A program made the position numbers and the translations under genes. DNA of 63,558 nucleotides from contig CAYRWZ010000003.1 in NCBI GenBank assembly GCA_964428065.1, positions 1,499-65,056 of the forward strand, written 5' to 3'. This document shows, piece after piece, positions 46,429 to 54,716 of this stretch. Every line of letters begins with the position of its first letter. Within the stretch, counting starts at the first letter, position 1. The notes under the pieces were generated by a model that saw only the letters and a list, made by a program, of their open reading frames with translations, did not search any database and was not told the origin of the DNA. The DNA is from an uncultured Comamonadaceae bacterium (GTDB lineage Bacteria > Pseudomonadota > Alphaproteobacteria > Elsterales > Elsteraceae).

Positions 46429-47694
46429 TTAGCGGAAGACGCGGGCCAGGCGGCTGTCCATTTCGGTCAGCGCGGCGTCGATCGGCTTCACACCGGCGAC
46501 GACGGCGTTGATGTTGGACTGCATCACTTCCGACACTTCGCTATAGCGCGGGCTGACCGGGCGCGAGCGGGCGGTCCTGACCACAGGCAGGGCCTGGGCA
46601 AACCACGGGGCGGCCGCCAGCACGTCCTTGTCCTCATAGACCGAGGCAATGGCCGGCAGGTTGGAGGCGCGGATCGCCAGTTCCTTCATGATGCGCGGAC
46701 CGCTGAGCCACAGCACCAGGTTGGCCGCCGCCTGCTTCTTGGCCGAGAAGGCGCTGACCGCCCACTGCCAGCCGCCGATGCAGGTGGCGGGCTTGCCGCC
46801 TTCGAAGGCGGGCAGCGGAACCACGCCGACCTTGCCCTTGACGGCGCTCTGATCCGACTGGAACTGGTTCCAGCCATAGCCCCACAGCTGGGCGAACAGC
46901 ACGTTGCCGGACTGGAATTCCAGACGGGTATCGTCGGTCTTCACTTCGGCGATCGACGGCTTGACCACCTTGTGCTTGTCCTTCAGATCGACCAGGAACT
47001 GCAGCGCATCTTTGCCAGCCTGATTGTTCAGGTTCGGGCGGCCCTGGGCATTGGTGATTTCACCGCCCTTGCCCCAGTACGGCACCAGGAAGGAGCAGTT
47101 AACCCCTTCGATCTTGGCGCCCTGATAGCTGAAGCCCTGCAGGTTCGGGTTGCCTTCCGCGGCCATCACCTTCTGCGCCTGGGTGATCATTTCGTTCCAG
47201 GTCTTGGGCGGCTGCAGGCCGTGCTTGTCCAGCAGGTCCTTGCGGTAATAAAGGAACATGGCATCGGCGAAGGCGGGCAGCGCCACCAGCTTGCCATCCA
47301 CCTGGTTCGCTTCGGCATAGGCGGGCAGATAGCCCGACAGCAGGCCCTTCTTGTTGGCGCCGATATAGGCGTCCAGCGGTTCGGCCCAGCCGGCGGCGGC
47401 ATACTGCGCCGGGCGCACGATATCGATCAGGAACACGTCCAGCGACGGGTCCTTGGAGGTCAGCACGGTGGTCAGGTACTTCTGCTGCGCTTCCGAGGTG
47501 GCGCCGCCGACTTCCAGTTCCACTTTCTGGCCGGTTTCACGCTCATACAGCTCGAACAGGGTGCGCATCACGTCCGGGCGCTGCTGGCCGCCGACGAACA
47601 CTTTCAGGGCCTGGGCATCCGCCCCGCCTGCAAAGCCGAACATCGAAAGGCTGGCGGCACCGGCCAGCAGGAACCCGCGAAAACTCTTCTTCAT
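46429..47694 (-). CDS. Carbohydrate ABC transporter substrate-binding protein
   Basis: Signal peptide MKKSFRGFLLAGAASLSMFGFAGGADA, 421 aa, family-1 sugar-binding look. Confidence 0.88.
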   Translation of the reverse strand: MKKSFRGFLLAGAASLSMFGFAGGADAQALKVFVGGQQRPDVMRTLFELYERETGQKVELEVGGATSEAQQKYLTTVLTSKDPSLDVFLIDIVRPAQYAAAGWAEPLDAYIGANKKGLLSGYLPAYAEANQVDGKLVALPAFADAMFLYYRKDLLDKHGLQPPKTWNEMITQAQKVMAAEGNPNLQGFSYQGAKIEGVNCSFLVPYWGKGGEITNAQGRPNLNNQAGKDALQFLVDLKDKHKVVKPSIAEVKTDDTRLEFQSGNVLFAQLWGYGWNQFQSDQSAVKGKVGVVPLPAFEGGKPATCIGGWQWAVSAFSAKKQAAANLVLWLSGPRIMKELAIRASNLPAIASVYEDKDVLAAAPWFAQALPVVRTARSRPVSPRYSEVSEVMQSNINAVVAGVKPIDAALTEMDSRLARVFR

Positions 47695-47753
47695 GGTCCG
47701 TTGTCCTCCCTATGGCATGGACAGTCATCGACGCGGCCAATGCGCCCCGGTTG

Positions 47754-48845
47754 CTACCGGATCGCCTGGCCGGTTTCGGCGTCAAACAGGTGAAGCCGCG
47801 TTGACGGCACGTTGAGTCGTACCGTTTCTCCCACTTTCGGTGCGTCTTCCGGCTGGAAGCGCCCGACAATTTCCACCCCGCCGACCTTGAGGAAGGCGAG
47901 CGTGTCCGACCCGAGCGGCTCCACCAGCGTCACCGGCACGTCGAGCGTGGCGGCGCTGGCTTCGCCCGGGCGCAGGCGGGTCATCTGTTCGGGCCGCAGC
48001 CCGACCACGATCTGCTTGGTGTTGCGCTGGCGCAGGGCGGCCAGCCGTTCTTCCGGCAGGGACAGGCGATTGCCGCCCGGCAGATCGATGGCATCGCCCG
48101 CATCGGTCAGGCTGGCGGGCAGGAAATTCATCGGCGGCGCGCCCATGAACCCGGCGACAAACTGGTTGGCCGGGTGGTTATAGATATCGTCCGGCGCGCC
48201 CACCTGCTGCACATAGCCGCCCTTCATCACCACGATCCGGTCGGCCAGCGTCATCGCCTCAACCTGGTCGTGGGTGACGTAAATGATGGTGGTTTTCAGC
48301 TGCTGGTGCAGCTTCTTGATCTCCACCCGCATTTCAGAGCGCAGCTTGGCGTCAAGGTTGGACAGCGGCTCGTCGAACAGGAATGCCTTGGGCTGCCGCA
48401 CAATGGCGCGGCCCATGGCGACGCGCTGGCGCTGCCCGCCCGATAATTGCCGGGGCTTGCGATCCAACAGATGGCCGATTTGCAGAATCCGCGCTGCCTC
48501 GTCAACCCGCGCATCGATGTCCGCCTTGGGGGCTTTGCGCAGCTTCAGGCCGAACGCCATATTGTCGCGCACCGACAGATGCGGATACAGCGCGTAATCC
48601 TGGAACACCATGGCGATATCGCGCGACCGGGGCGGCACGTCGTTCACCAGCGTCTCGCCGATTTTCACGGTGCCGCCGGTGATGGTTTCCAGCCCGGCGA
48701 TCATGCGCAGCAGGGGGGACTTGCCGCAGCCTGACGGGCCGACGAACACCACGAATTCCCCGTCCCCGATATCGAGATTGATACCGTGCAGCACCTGCAC
48801 GGGGCCATAGGCCTTGACGACGTTACGCAGTTCCAGGCCGGCCAT
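47754..48845 (-). CDS. Sugar ABC transporter ATP-binding protein (MalK/UgpC-like)
   Basis: MAGLELRNVVKAYG..GPSGCGKS..LSGGQRQRVAMGRAI..LFDEPLSNLDA..VTHDQVEAM, plus a C-terminal TOBE-like regulatory domain. Confidence 0.92.
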   Translation of the reverse strand: MAGLELRNVVKAYGPVQVLHGINLDIGDGEFVVFVGPSGCGKSPLLRMIAGLETITGGTVKIGETLVNDVPPRSRDIAMVFQDYALYPHLSVRDNMAFGLKLRKAPKADIDARVDEAARILQIGHLLDRKPRQLSGGQRQRVAMGRAIVRQPKAFLFDEPLSNLDAKLRSEMRVEIKKLHQQLKTTIIYVTHDQVEAMTLADRIVVMKGGYVQQVGAPDDIYNHPANQFVAGFMGAPPMNFLPASLTDAGDAIDLPGGNRLSLPEERLAALRQRNTKQIVVGLRPEQMTRLRPGEASAATLDVPVTLVEPLGSDTLAFLKVGGVEIVGRFQPEDAPKVGETVRLNVPSTRLHLFDAETGQAIR

Positions 48846-48973
48846 AGGCGCGCATCTCCCTGTTTCCTCCCCCAAGATCAGGCCGGTTTGGCCCGGCCTT
48901 TTTCCGATGCGATGGCACGATCGCGGCGGTTTCGACAACGATAAGCGTCTCTCGGGTTCGCTGGCAACCAAAA

Positions 48974-48995
48974 TTCTGTCTTATATAAGACAGAA
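48974..48995. promoter_or_regulatory. Perfect 22-bp palindrome TTCTGTCTTATATAAGACAGAA upstream of the sugar ABC/GH31 operon (candidate operator)
   Basis: Exact two-fold symmetry verified base by base. Its centre is about 140 nt upstream of ATG 48845, and it is AT-rich in a GC-rich context. Confidence 0.4.
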
Positions 48996-49054
48996 GTGTT
49001 GTCGTGAGGCTGAAGGGAGGATCGACGCGCGGCCAATGGCCCGAAAACAGGCAA

Positions 49055-49083
49055 TAAAAAAGGCCGCCCCTGGGGTACGGCCT
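49055..49083 (-). terminator. Terminator of tRNA-Pro
   Basis: Minus strand: AGGCCG..CGGCCT stem (with inner CCCC/GGGG) followed by TTTTTTATTG. Confidence 0.6.
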
Positions 49084-49111
49084 GACATCCGATGGTTTGA
49101 ATTGCACCAGA

Positions 49112-49188
49112 TGGTCGGAGTGAGAGGATTCGAACCTCCGGTCTCTTGCTCCCGAAGCAAGCGCTTTACCAGGCTAAGCTACACTCCG
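49112..49188 (-). tRNA. tRNA-Pro (anticodon CGG), CCA encoded
   Basis: Reverse complement CGGAGTGTAGCTTAGCCTGGTAAAGCGCTTGCTTCGGGAGCAAGAGACCGGAGGTTCGAATCCTCTCACTCCGACCA: acceptor CGGAGTG/CACTCCG, anticodon stem CTTGC/GCAAG with loop TTCGGGA, T loop TTCGAAT. Confidence 0.95.
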
Positions 49189-49314
49189 TCCCTGGATCGA
49201 TGCATCGCACATGGCGGAAGCATCGGGCCGGGTATATAGCGCCCCCGGCGGGGCCATGCAAGCGGTTCCTCTTCCGATCCGGCAGAAAAGCGGATCAAGG
49301 CCGCCGAAACCGCA

Positions 49315-50340
49315 TCAGTACCCGCGCAGCACGGCGAAATCGGCTGCATCCTCAAACGCTGCGCGGATCGGACTGGCCGGGAACCCCGCCAGCGCGGCCT
49401 TGGCCTCATTGGCATAGGCGCGCGCGCGGTCCAGCGTGGCGGCCAGGGTGCCGTATCTTTCCATCAGGGCCTGGGCGCGCGGCAGATCGGCCTCCGTCTG
49501 CTCCAACCCCTCCACCGTGCGCTGCCAGAAGGCGCGTTCTTCCGGCGTCCCTTTTTGATAGGCCAGGATCACCGGCAGCGTTACCTTGCCTTCACGGAAA
49601 TCATCGCCCACGGTCTTGCCCAGCTTGGCCTGGGCGGCGGAATAGTCCAGGGCATCGTCAACCAACTGGAAAGCGATGCCCAGATTCATGCCGAAGCTGC
49701 GCAGCGCCGCACATTCGGCGGCGGGCCGTTCGGCGACCACGGCGCCCACTTCGGCTGCGGCGGCGAACAGAACGGCGGTCTTGCCGGAAATCACCTCCAG
49801 ATAGGCGGCCTCGTCGGTGCCAAGGTCATTGGTGGTCATCAGCTGATGCACCTCCCCCTCGGCAATGACGGCGGAGGCATTGGACAAAATCTCCAGCACC
49901 CGCAGCGAGCCATCGGCCACCATCAGCTGGAACGACCGGCTGAACAGAAAATCCCCCACCAGCACGCTGGCCTTGTTGCCGAACACCGCATTGGCCGAGG
50001 GTTCGCCCCGGCGCAGATCGCTTTCGTCCACCACATCGTCATGCAGCAGGGTGGCGGTGTGGATGAATTCGACACAGGCGGCCAGCATATGATGGCGGGT
50101 GCCGCGATAGCCGCATAGCTGCGCCGCGCCCAGCGTGATCATGGGCCGCAGCCGCTTGCCGCCCGCCGCAATCAGATGGCTGGCCAGTTGGGGAATCAGT
50201 GCAACCGGGCTTTGCATCCGCTCAAGAATGATGCGGTTGACCGCGTCGAGATCGGCCTTGACCAGCCCGTGCAACGCGTCAAGCGATGGCTGCGCAGACG
50301 GGGTGGGCTGCACCAGGGGATGCTGCATGGTTCGTTTCAT
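49315..50340 (-). CDS. ispB: Polyprenyl (octaprenyl-type) diphosphate synthase
   Basis: First DDxxD motif in LLHDDVVDESDLRRG, second in FQLVDDALDY. Length 341 aa. Confidence 0.88.
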   Translation of the reverse strand: MKRTMQHPLVQPTPSAQPSLDALHGLVKADLDAVNRIILERMQSPVALIPQLASHLIAAGGKRLRPMITLGAAQLCGYRGTRHHMLAACVEFIHTATLLHDDVVDESDLRRGEPSANAVFGNKASVLVGDFLFSRSFQLMVADGSLRVLEILSNASAVIAEGEVHQLMTTNDLGTDEAAYLEVISGKTAVLFAAAAEVGAVVAERPAAECAALRSFGMNLGIAFQLVDDALDYSAAQAKLGKTVGDDFREGKVTLPVILAYQKGTPEERAFWQRTVEGLEQTEADLPRAQALMERYGTLAATLDRARAYANEAKAALAGFPASPIRAAFEDAADFAVLRGY

Positions 50341-50461
50341 CCTGCAAGCGGCTTGGCCCCGGACAGCACCAGCCAGCGCCGCGCCACCCCGAACCCCGCC
50401 TGAAACTCATTTGGCCGCGAGCATAGACCGCACGCCACAATGGTCAAGTCGGCAATATGTC

Positions 50462-51199
50462 TTATTGCGTCTGGATTGAATTTGCAGGTCGTTGAGCCAA
50501 AACCGATGCAACCGTGCAGCGCGCATCGGCCAGACGTTGCGTTACGGCGCACATCGCGCCGACAACGGTCCGGACATCCTGATGATATCCCGCCAGATCG
50601 AAATGAAAAATCGGTTCATGATGGGCGATGCGATTGCGCAGCTTACGCAATCTTTCACATAGAGACTGGAAATCATGGCGATCCAAATCACCACCATTCG
50701 GAATGATCTGAGTTAGATATTTATGCCAGCTATAATGGTTTTTATAGTGAGTCGATAATTGAGCGACCCAAAATCCAACCGATAAATCCGCTACGATATC
50801 GGACGTTTTGGCGGGTTTCGAATTTGGATTTTTCTCCCGCTGCCGGATGGTCTTATCAAGTTTCTCTCTATCGATACGCGAGAGATTCCTGACAAAAATA
50901 GAAGATTTAGGCCAGCTTGCGCCATATTTTTGAATAAAAAATGCATTTATCTTATTACGCAGACATATCTCCCAAAAACTTAAATATAAATAAAATGACC
51001 TTGATATTTCTATATTCCATAAATATAATATTAATGCTTTATGTGGATTGCCACTACTTTGATTTTTATATCTTTGAAACCTGGGCGCACTTATGCTTTT
51101 CTCAAGGAAAGCCAAATCAGATTCGCTTATGGTGTTTTCTAATTGCAAATCCGCCAAGCCTCTGTTATGCAAAAAAAGTGAGCCATCGGACACGGTCAC
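50462..51199 (-). CDS. Abi-like protein (Abi_2 / AbiD-AbiF family)
   Basis: AT-rich 245-aa ORF. LYLWNIEISRSFYLYLSFWEICLRNKI and the C-terminal LRKLRNRIAHHEPIF resemble the two conserved Abi_2 blocks (..EI.lR.. and lRN.vAHH..i). GTG start with no good SD, so the start is uncertain. Confidence 0.65.
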   Translation of the reverse strand: MTVSDGSLFLHNRGLADLQLENTISESDLAFLEKSISAPRFQRYKNQSSGNPHKALILYLWNIEISRSFYLYLSFWEICLRNKINAFFIQKYGASWPKSSIFVRNLSRIDREKLDKTIRQREKNPNSKPAKTSDIVADLSVGFWVAQLSTHYKNHYSWHKYLTQIIPNGGDLDRHDFQSLCERLRKLRNRIAHHEPIFHFDLAGYHQDVRTVVGAMCAVTQRLADARCTVASVLAQRPANSIQTQ

Positions 51200-51233
51200 T
51201 GCGTATTAACGCACACTCCCGGTGGACAAGGAA

Positions 51234-51269
51234 CATAAGGCGGAATGCGTAACAGCATTCCGCCTTATG
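51234..51269. repeat. Perfect 15-bp-stem hairpin (CATAAGGCGGAATGC-GTAACA-GCATTCCGCCTTATG)
   Basis: Checked base by base. It lies 35 nt upstream of the Abi-like start in the AT-rich spacer. Confidence 0.85.
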
Positions 51270-51349
51270 CATTTCTAGACTAGAGTTTTTGTACTTTAAA
51301 TCTAAAATATGATAACATACATGGTTTATATCATTAAAATATGCTATCG

Positions 51350-51387
51350 GCGGTCCTGATGGTTTCTAAAGAAACCATCAGGACCGC
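51350..51387 (-). terminator. Perfect 17-bp-stem hairpin, possible csaA terminator
   Basis: GCGGTCCTGATGGTTTC-TAAA-GAAACCATCAGGACCGC, 46 nt downstream of the csaA stop (minus-strand sense). The trailing T-tract is only modest (CATATTTTAAT). Confidence 0.45.
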
Positions 51388-51432
51388 TAGTGTGGCTTTC
51401 GGAAATAATCCGGCATCCAGGGCGTCCTCTCC

Positions 51433-51789
51433 CTAAAACAGTTTGCCGCCGTTCGGGACCGGCTGGGTTGGGGAGACCAGGACCACGCCGCCCTCCGGGT
51501 CGGGGAAGCCGAGGACCAGCACCTCCGACATCCATTTGCCGATCTGCTTGGGCGGGAAATTGACCACGGCGGCCACCTGTCGGCCCACCAGCCCGTCCAG
51601 CGTGTAGTGCCGGGTGATCTGGGCAGAGGTTTTCTTCACCCCAATCTCTGGCCCGAAATCGATGCGCAGGCGGAAGGCTGGTTTGCGCGCCTCCGGGAAG
51701 TCCATCGCCTCGATAATCGTGCCGACGCGGATATCGACCCGTTCGAAATCGCCATAGGCAATCGGGTCCTGCAGTTTCAATTCCGTCAT
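51433..51789 (-). CDS. tRNA-binding protein (CsaA/YgjH family)
   Basis: 118 aa. FERVDIRVGTIIEA..RLRIDFGPEIGVKKTSAQIT..VAAVVNFPPKQIG..SEVLVLG. The ATG overlaps the upstream stop. Confidence 0.85.
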   Translation of the reverse strand: MTELKLQDPIAYGDFERVDIRVGTIIEAMDFPEARKPAFRLRIDFGPEIGVKKTSAQITRHYTLDGLVGRQVAAVVNFPPKQIGKWMSEVLVLGFPDPEGGVVLVSPTQPVPNGGKLF

Positions 51790-52802
51790 GTCCAATCCCG
51801 GTCCTGATCGGCCCATCCGGAGGCCAGATCGGCCTGGATGGCCCAGGCGGCGCGCAGGGCTTCCAGTGCATCGGCGGCCGAAACCCCCGCGTCCATCCGC
51901 CCATCGCGCACCGCGTTGAAGAAGGTGCCCAGTTCCATCGCCAGCGGTTCCGACTGGCGGATGAAGATTTTTTCGATCACCAGATCCAGGGCCGATGTCG
52001 GCGCGGTCGGCCATTCGCCGGGGCCGCGATCATACCCGCGGCTGCGGGTGATGTGCAGTTCCTGGGTGATGTAATTGACCGTCACCATGCCGGGATCGCA
52101 CAGGATTTGCAGTTCCCGCACCTTGTTCTGGGTGATGCGGCTGGCGGTCAGGCTGGTTACCGCGCCGCCCGGAAAACTCATCAACGCCGTTGCATGGTCG
52201 GCCACCCCTTGCTTGCCCAGGGCAATGCCGCGCGCAACGATACCGGTCGGGGCGCCGCCCATCAGGTGCAGGGCGACATCGATATCATGAACCATCAGAT
52301 CGACCACGACATCGGTATCCAGAATCCGGGCGCTGCCGGGGTTCAGGCGGCGCCCGTCGATGGCGTGAATGGTTTGCCCGCGCAGGATTTCCGCCGTCTT
52401 GGCAATCGCCGGGTTGAAGCGTTCGACATGCCCCACCGCCACCCCGCCCTTGGCGGCGGCGGCGATGATCGCCTGGCATTCGGCCTCGTCCATTGCCAGC
52501 GGCTTTTCCACCAGGCAAGGGATACCCGCCGCCAACAGGGGCACCGCCACTGCCGCATGGGCGGTGGAGGATGTGGCGACCGTCGCCGCATCCACTGTGC
52601 CGATCAGTCCATCGATGGAGGGGGCATAGGTGCAGCCATAGGTTTCGGCCAGGGCGCGGCCCCGGTCGGCCGAGGCATCGACGATCGCCGCCAGCTCCAC
52701 CCCTTTCAACTGGTTGATCACCCGCGCGTGGTTCGCCCCCATCGCACCCGCGCCGATCACGGCAACGCGCAGCGGCGCCCGGCCGGTCAAAGCCTGTCCC
52801 AT
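51786..52802 (-). CDS. Gfo/Idh/MocA-family NAD(P)-dependent oxidoreductase
   Basis: LRVAVIGAGAMGANHARV (Rossmann fold) and PCLVEKPLA. Confidence 0.88.
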   Translation of the reverse strand: MGQALTGRAPLRVAVIGAGAMGANHARVINQLKGVELAAIVDASADRGRALAETYGCTYAPSIDGLIGTVDAATVATSSTAHAAVAVPLLAAGIPCLVEKPLAMDEAECQAIIAAAAKGGVAVGHVERFNPAIAKTAEILRGQTIHAIDGRRLNPGSARILDTDVVVDLMVHDIDVALHLMGGAPTGIVARGIALGKQGVADHATALMSFPGGAVTSLTASRITQNKVRELQILCDPGMVTVNYITQELHITRSRGYDRGPGEWPTAPTSALDLVIEKIFIRQSEPLAMELGTFFNAVRDGRMDAGVSAADALEALRAAWAIQADLASGWADQDRDWT

Positions 52803-52832
52803 TTGGTCTCGTTTCCTTTCCCAGCCCCTGCC

Positions 52833-54011
52833 CTATTTCACCGCGCGCACGGCCCGGTGCACCGATGCGATGATGCGGTCCTGCGTGGCCGGGTCCAGAT
52901 AGGGATGCATCGGCAGGCACAAAACGCGCCGGGCCAGCCGTTCGGTCACCGGCAACCCGCCCTCTTGCTGCGGGAACTTGGCATAGAAGCCCTGGGTGTG
53001 CATCGGCCGCATGTAGAACACCATGGTTGGTACGCCATCGGCCTTCATTTCCTCTGCCACGGCGTCGCGCTGGTCGATCTGGATCGTGTACTGCGCCCAG
53101 ACCGAGGTGCGGTTGGGTTGCAGCAGGGGCACCGTGGCGCACTCGGCCAGGGCGGCGTTGTACCGCTCCGCCACCCGGTTGCGGGCGGCAATCTCATCAT
53201 CGAAAATCTTCAGCTTTTCCAGCAGAACCGCCGCCTGGATGGTGTCCATGCGCCCGGTCAGGCCCAGGCGGACATTTTCATACTTGTCGCTGCCCTGGCC
53301 GTGCACACGGATGCTGTGCAGCACGTCGCGCAGGCCATCATCGTCGCAGAAGATCGCCCCGCCATCGCCATAGCAGCCCAGCGGCTTCGACGGATAGAAG
53401 GAGGTGGCGGCAAAGGTGCCGAGGCTGCCAACCTGCCGATTGTGATAGGCGGCACCGAAGCTCTGCGCTGCATCGGCCAGCACCCACAGGCCGCGATCCT
53501 GGGCGAAGGCGTCAATTGCCTGGTAATCGGCGGCCTGGCCGAACAGATCGACCGCCATAATGCCGCGCACGGTCAAGCCCGCCGCAACCGCCGCCCGCCA
53601 CGCAGGCTCCAGCCCCTTGGGGTCCAGGTTGAAATCCGCCTCGGTGACATCGACGAACACCGGCGTCGCCCCCAGCAGGGCCACCACTTCGGCCGTGGCG
53701 GCGAAGGTGAAGCTGGGGCACAGCACCGCATCGCCGGGGCCGATGCCCTTGGCCATCAGCAGCATCATCAGCGCATCGGTACCGGACGCGCAACTGATGA
53801 CATGGCGGGCGCCGGACCGGCGGGCCAGTTCTTCCTCCAGCTGCTTGACCGCCGGCCCCATGATGAAGGCCCCGCTATCGACCACCTGTTGAATTGCGGT
53901 CAGCACCCCATCGCCCAGACGCTGGCGCTGGGTCGCCAGATCGATGAACGGAATCGGGGCGGTGGAGGCAGAGGGAAGCACGGGGGCTGCGGTCATGGTC
54001 TGGTTACTCAA
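52833..54011 (-). CDS. DegT/DnrJ/EryC1/StrS-family aminotransferase (sugar aminotransferase)
   Basis: IPFIDLATQRQ..CASGTDALMMLLMA..VDLFGQAADY..SFYPSKPLGCYGDGGAIF (PLP Lys context). Confidence 0.9.
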   Translation of the reverse strand: MSNQTMTAAPVLPSASTAPIPFIDLATQRQRLGDGVLTAIQQVVDSGAFIMGPAVKQLEEELARRSGARHVISCASGTDALMMLLMAKGIGPGDAVLCPSFTFAATAEVVALLGATPVFVDVTEADFNLDPKGLEPAWRAAVAAGLTVRGIMAVDLFGQAADYQAIDAFAQDRGLWVLADAAQSFGAAYHNRQVGSLGTFAATSFYPSKPLGCYGDGGAIFCDDDGLRDVLHSIRVHGQGSDKYENVRLGLTGRMDTIQAAVLLEKLKIFDDEIAARNRVAERYNAALAECATVPLLQPNRTSVWAQYTIQIDQRDAVAEEMKADGVPTMVFYMRPMHTQGFYAKFPQQEGGLPVTERLARRVLCLPMHPYLDPATQDRIIASVHRAVRAVK

Positions 54012-54130
54012 TCATCAACACGAAAACCGGTCCGCATACTGGTCTGCGGGCCAGCAGTTTGCAACGGCGGCGCCGGGCCGGGCGGGTCAAATATTGTGAC
54101 GCTGTGTTACAAGTCCGCGCGCGAGCCGGA

Positions 54131-54349
54131 TCAAGACCGCCGGCGGCGGCGCTGCGCCCGCCAGAACAGCAGCCAGCCGATCGGGCCCAGCAGCAGCACC
54201 ATGACCAGCCAGCCGGGACGCGGCCCGATGGGGCAGCGCGACCCCGGCGGCGGGGTCCAGCCCCCCACCCCCTTCGACAGCGCGATATGCAGCATGGGCA
54301 GCACGAAGCCCACCAGCAGCACGGTCCAGGCGATTGCGGTTTCGGTCAT
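54131..54349 (-). CDS. Small membrane protein (PLDc_N-like two-TM protein)
   Basis: 72 aa from ATG 54349. Two hydrophobic helices and the tail LLLGPIGWLLFWRAQRRRRRS, which resembles the short PLD N-terminal-domain family. Confidence 0.45.
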   Translation of the reverse strand: MTETAIAWTVLLVGFVLPMLHIALSKGVGGWTPPPGSRCPIGPRPGWLVMVLLLGPIGWLLFWRAQRRRRRS

Positions 54350-54491
54350 GCCCCGTCCTTTCGCGTCCTTATCACGTCTTTCCACCCGTTGACATACGAC
54401 GTAACCCGCAGAAAAACAGGAGCTTTCTTTCGATTGCGGTGAAATAAGGCAAATTCTTGACGAGTTCGATCAACCGGCGTAAGGTCCATCC

Positions 54492-54557
54492 CACAGGGCA
54501 AGTTGACACAGGTGAGGCAACCGAACTGCAAGGCCGCGCAAGCGGCCTTTCTTTTTT
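54492..54557 (+). ncRNA. Candidate small RNA (promoter-like TTGACG-N17-TAAGGT plus intrinsic terminator), no CDS
   Basis: -35 TTGACG at 54457-62, a 17-nt spacer, -10 TAAGGT at 54480-85. Terminator AAGGCCGC-GCAA-GCGGCCTT plus TCTTTTTT at 54530-57. No + strand coding gene lies upstream. The ends are predicted, not observed. Confidence 0.3.
54530..54557 (+). terminator. Intrinsic terminator, copy 1 (GNRA loop GCAA)
   Basis: 8-bp stem AAGGCCGC/GCGGCCTT, loop GCAA, tail TCTTTTTT. Confidence 0.7.
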
Positions 54558-54566
54558 GTGATCGGG

Positions 54567-54591
54567 GGCCGCGCGAGCGGCCTTTCTTTTT
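54567..54591 (+). terminator. Intrinsic terminator, copy 2 (GNRA loop GCGA), near-identical duplicate of copy 1
   Basis: Stem GGCCGC/GCGGCC, loop GCGA, tail TTTCTTTTT. GGCCGCGC[A/G]AGCGGCCTTTCTTTTT(T)GTG is repeated 35 nt apart. Confidence 0.65.
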
Positions 54592-54716
54592 GTGCCCAAT
54601 ATCAGGCCATAACATCACTGTGACCTGCGGCACCACCAGGCTGGTCAAATCGCGCGTAATGACCCATAGTCATACACAAGAAAAGTGTGGCTTTTCCCGT
54701 ACGGGGGAGACGTGCG

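Noticed and set aside
48880-48903. Hairpin plus T-run reading as a + strand terminator
   Set aside because: There is no + strand gene or promoter upstream for it to terminate. It lies in the leader of the minus-strand ABC operon, where it has no T-tail. It is kept only as a note in the palindrome finding.
52053-54392. 779-aa plus-strand ORF
   Set aside because: It is antisense to the Gfo/Idh/MocA and DegT genes. No recognisable domains. Shadow ORF.
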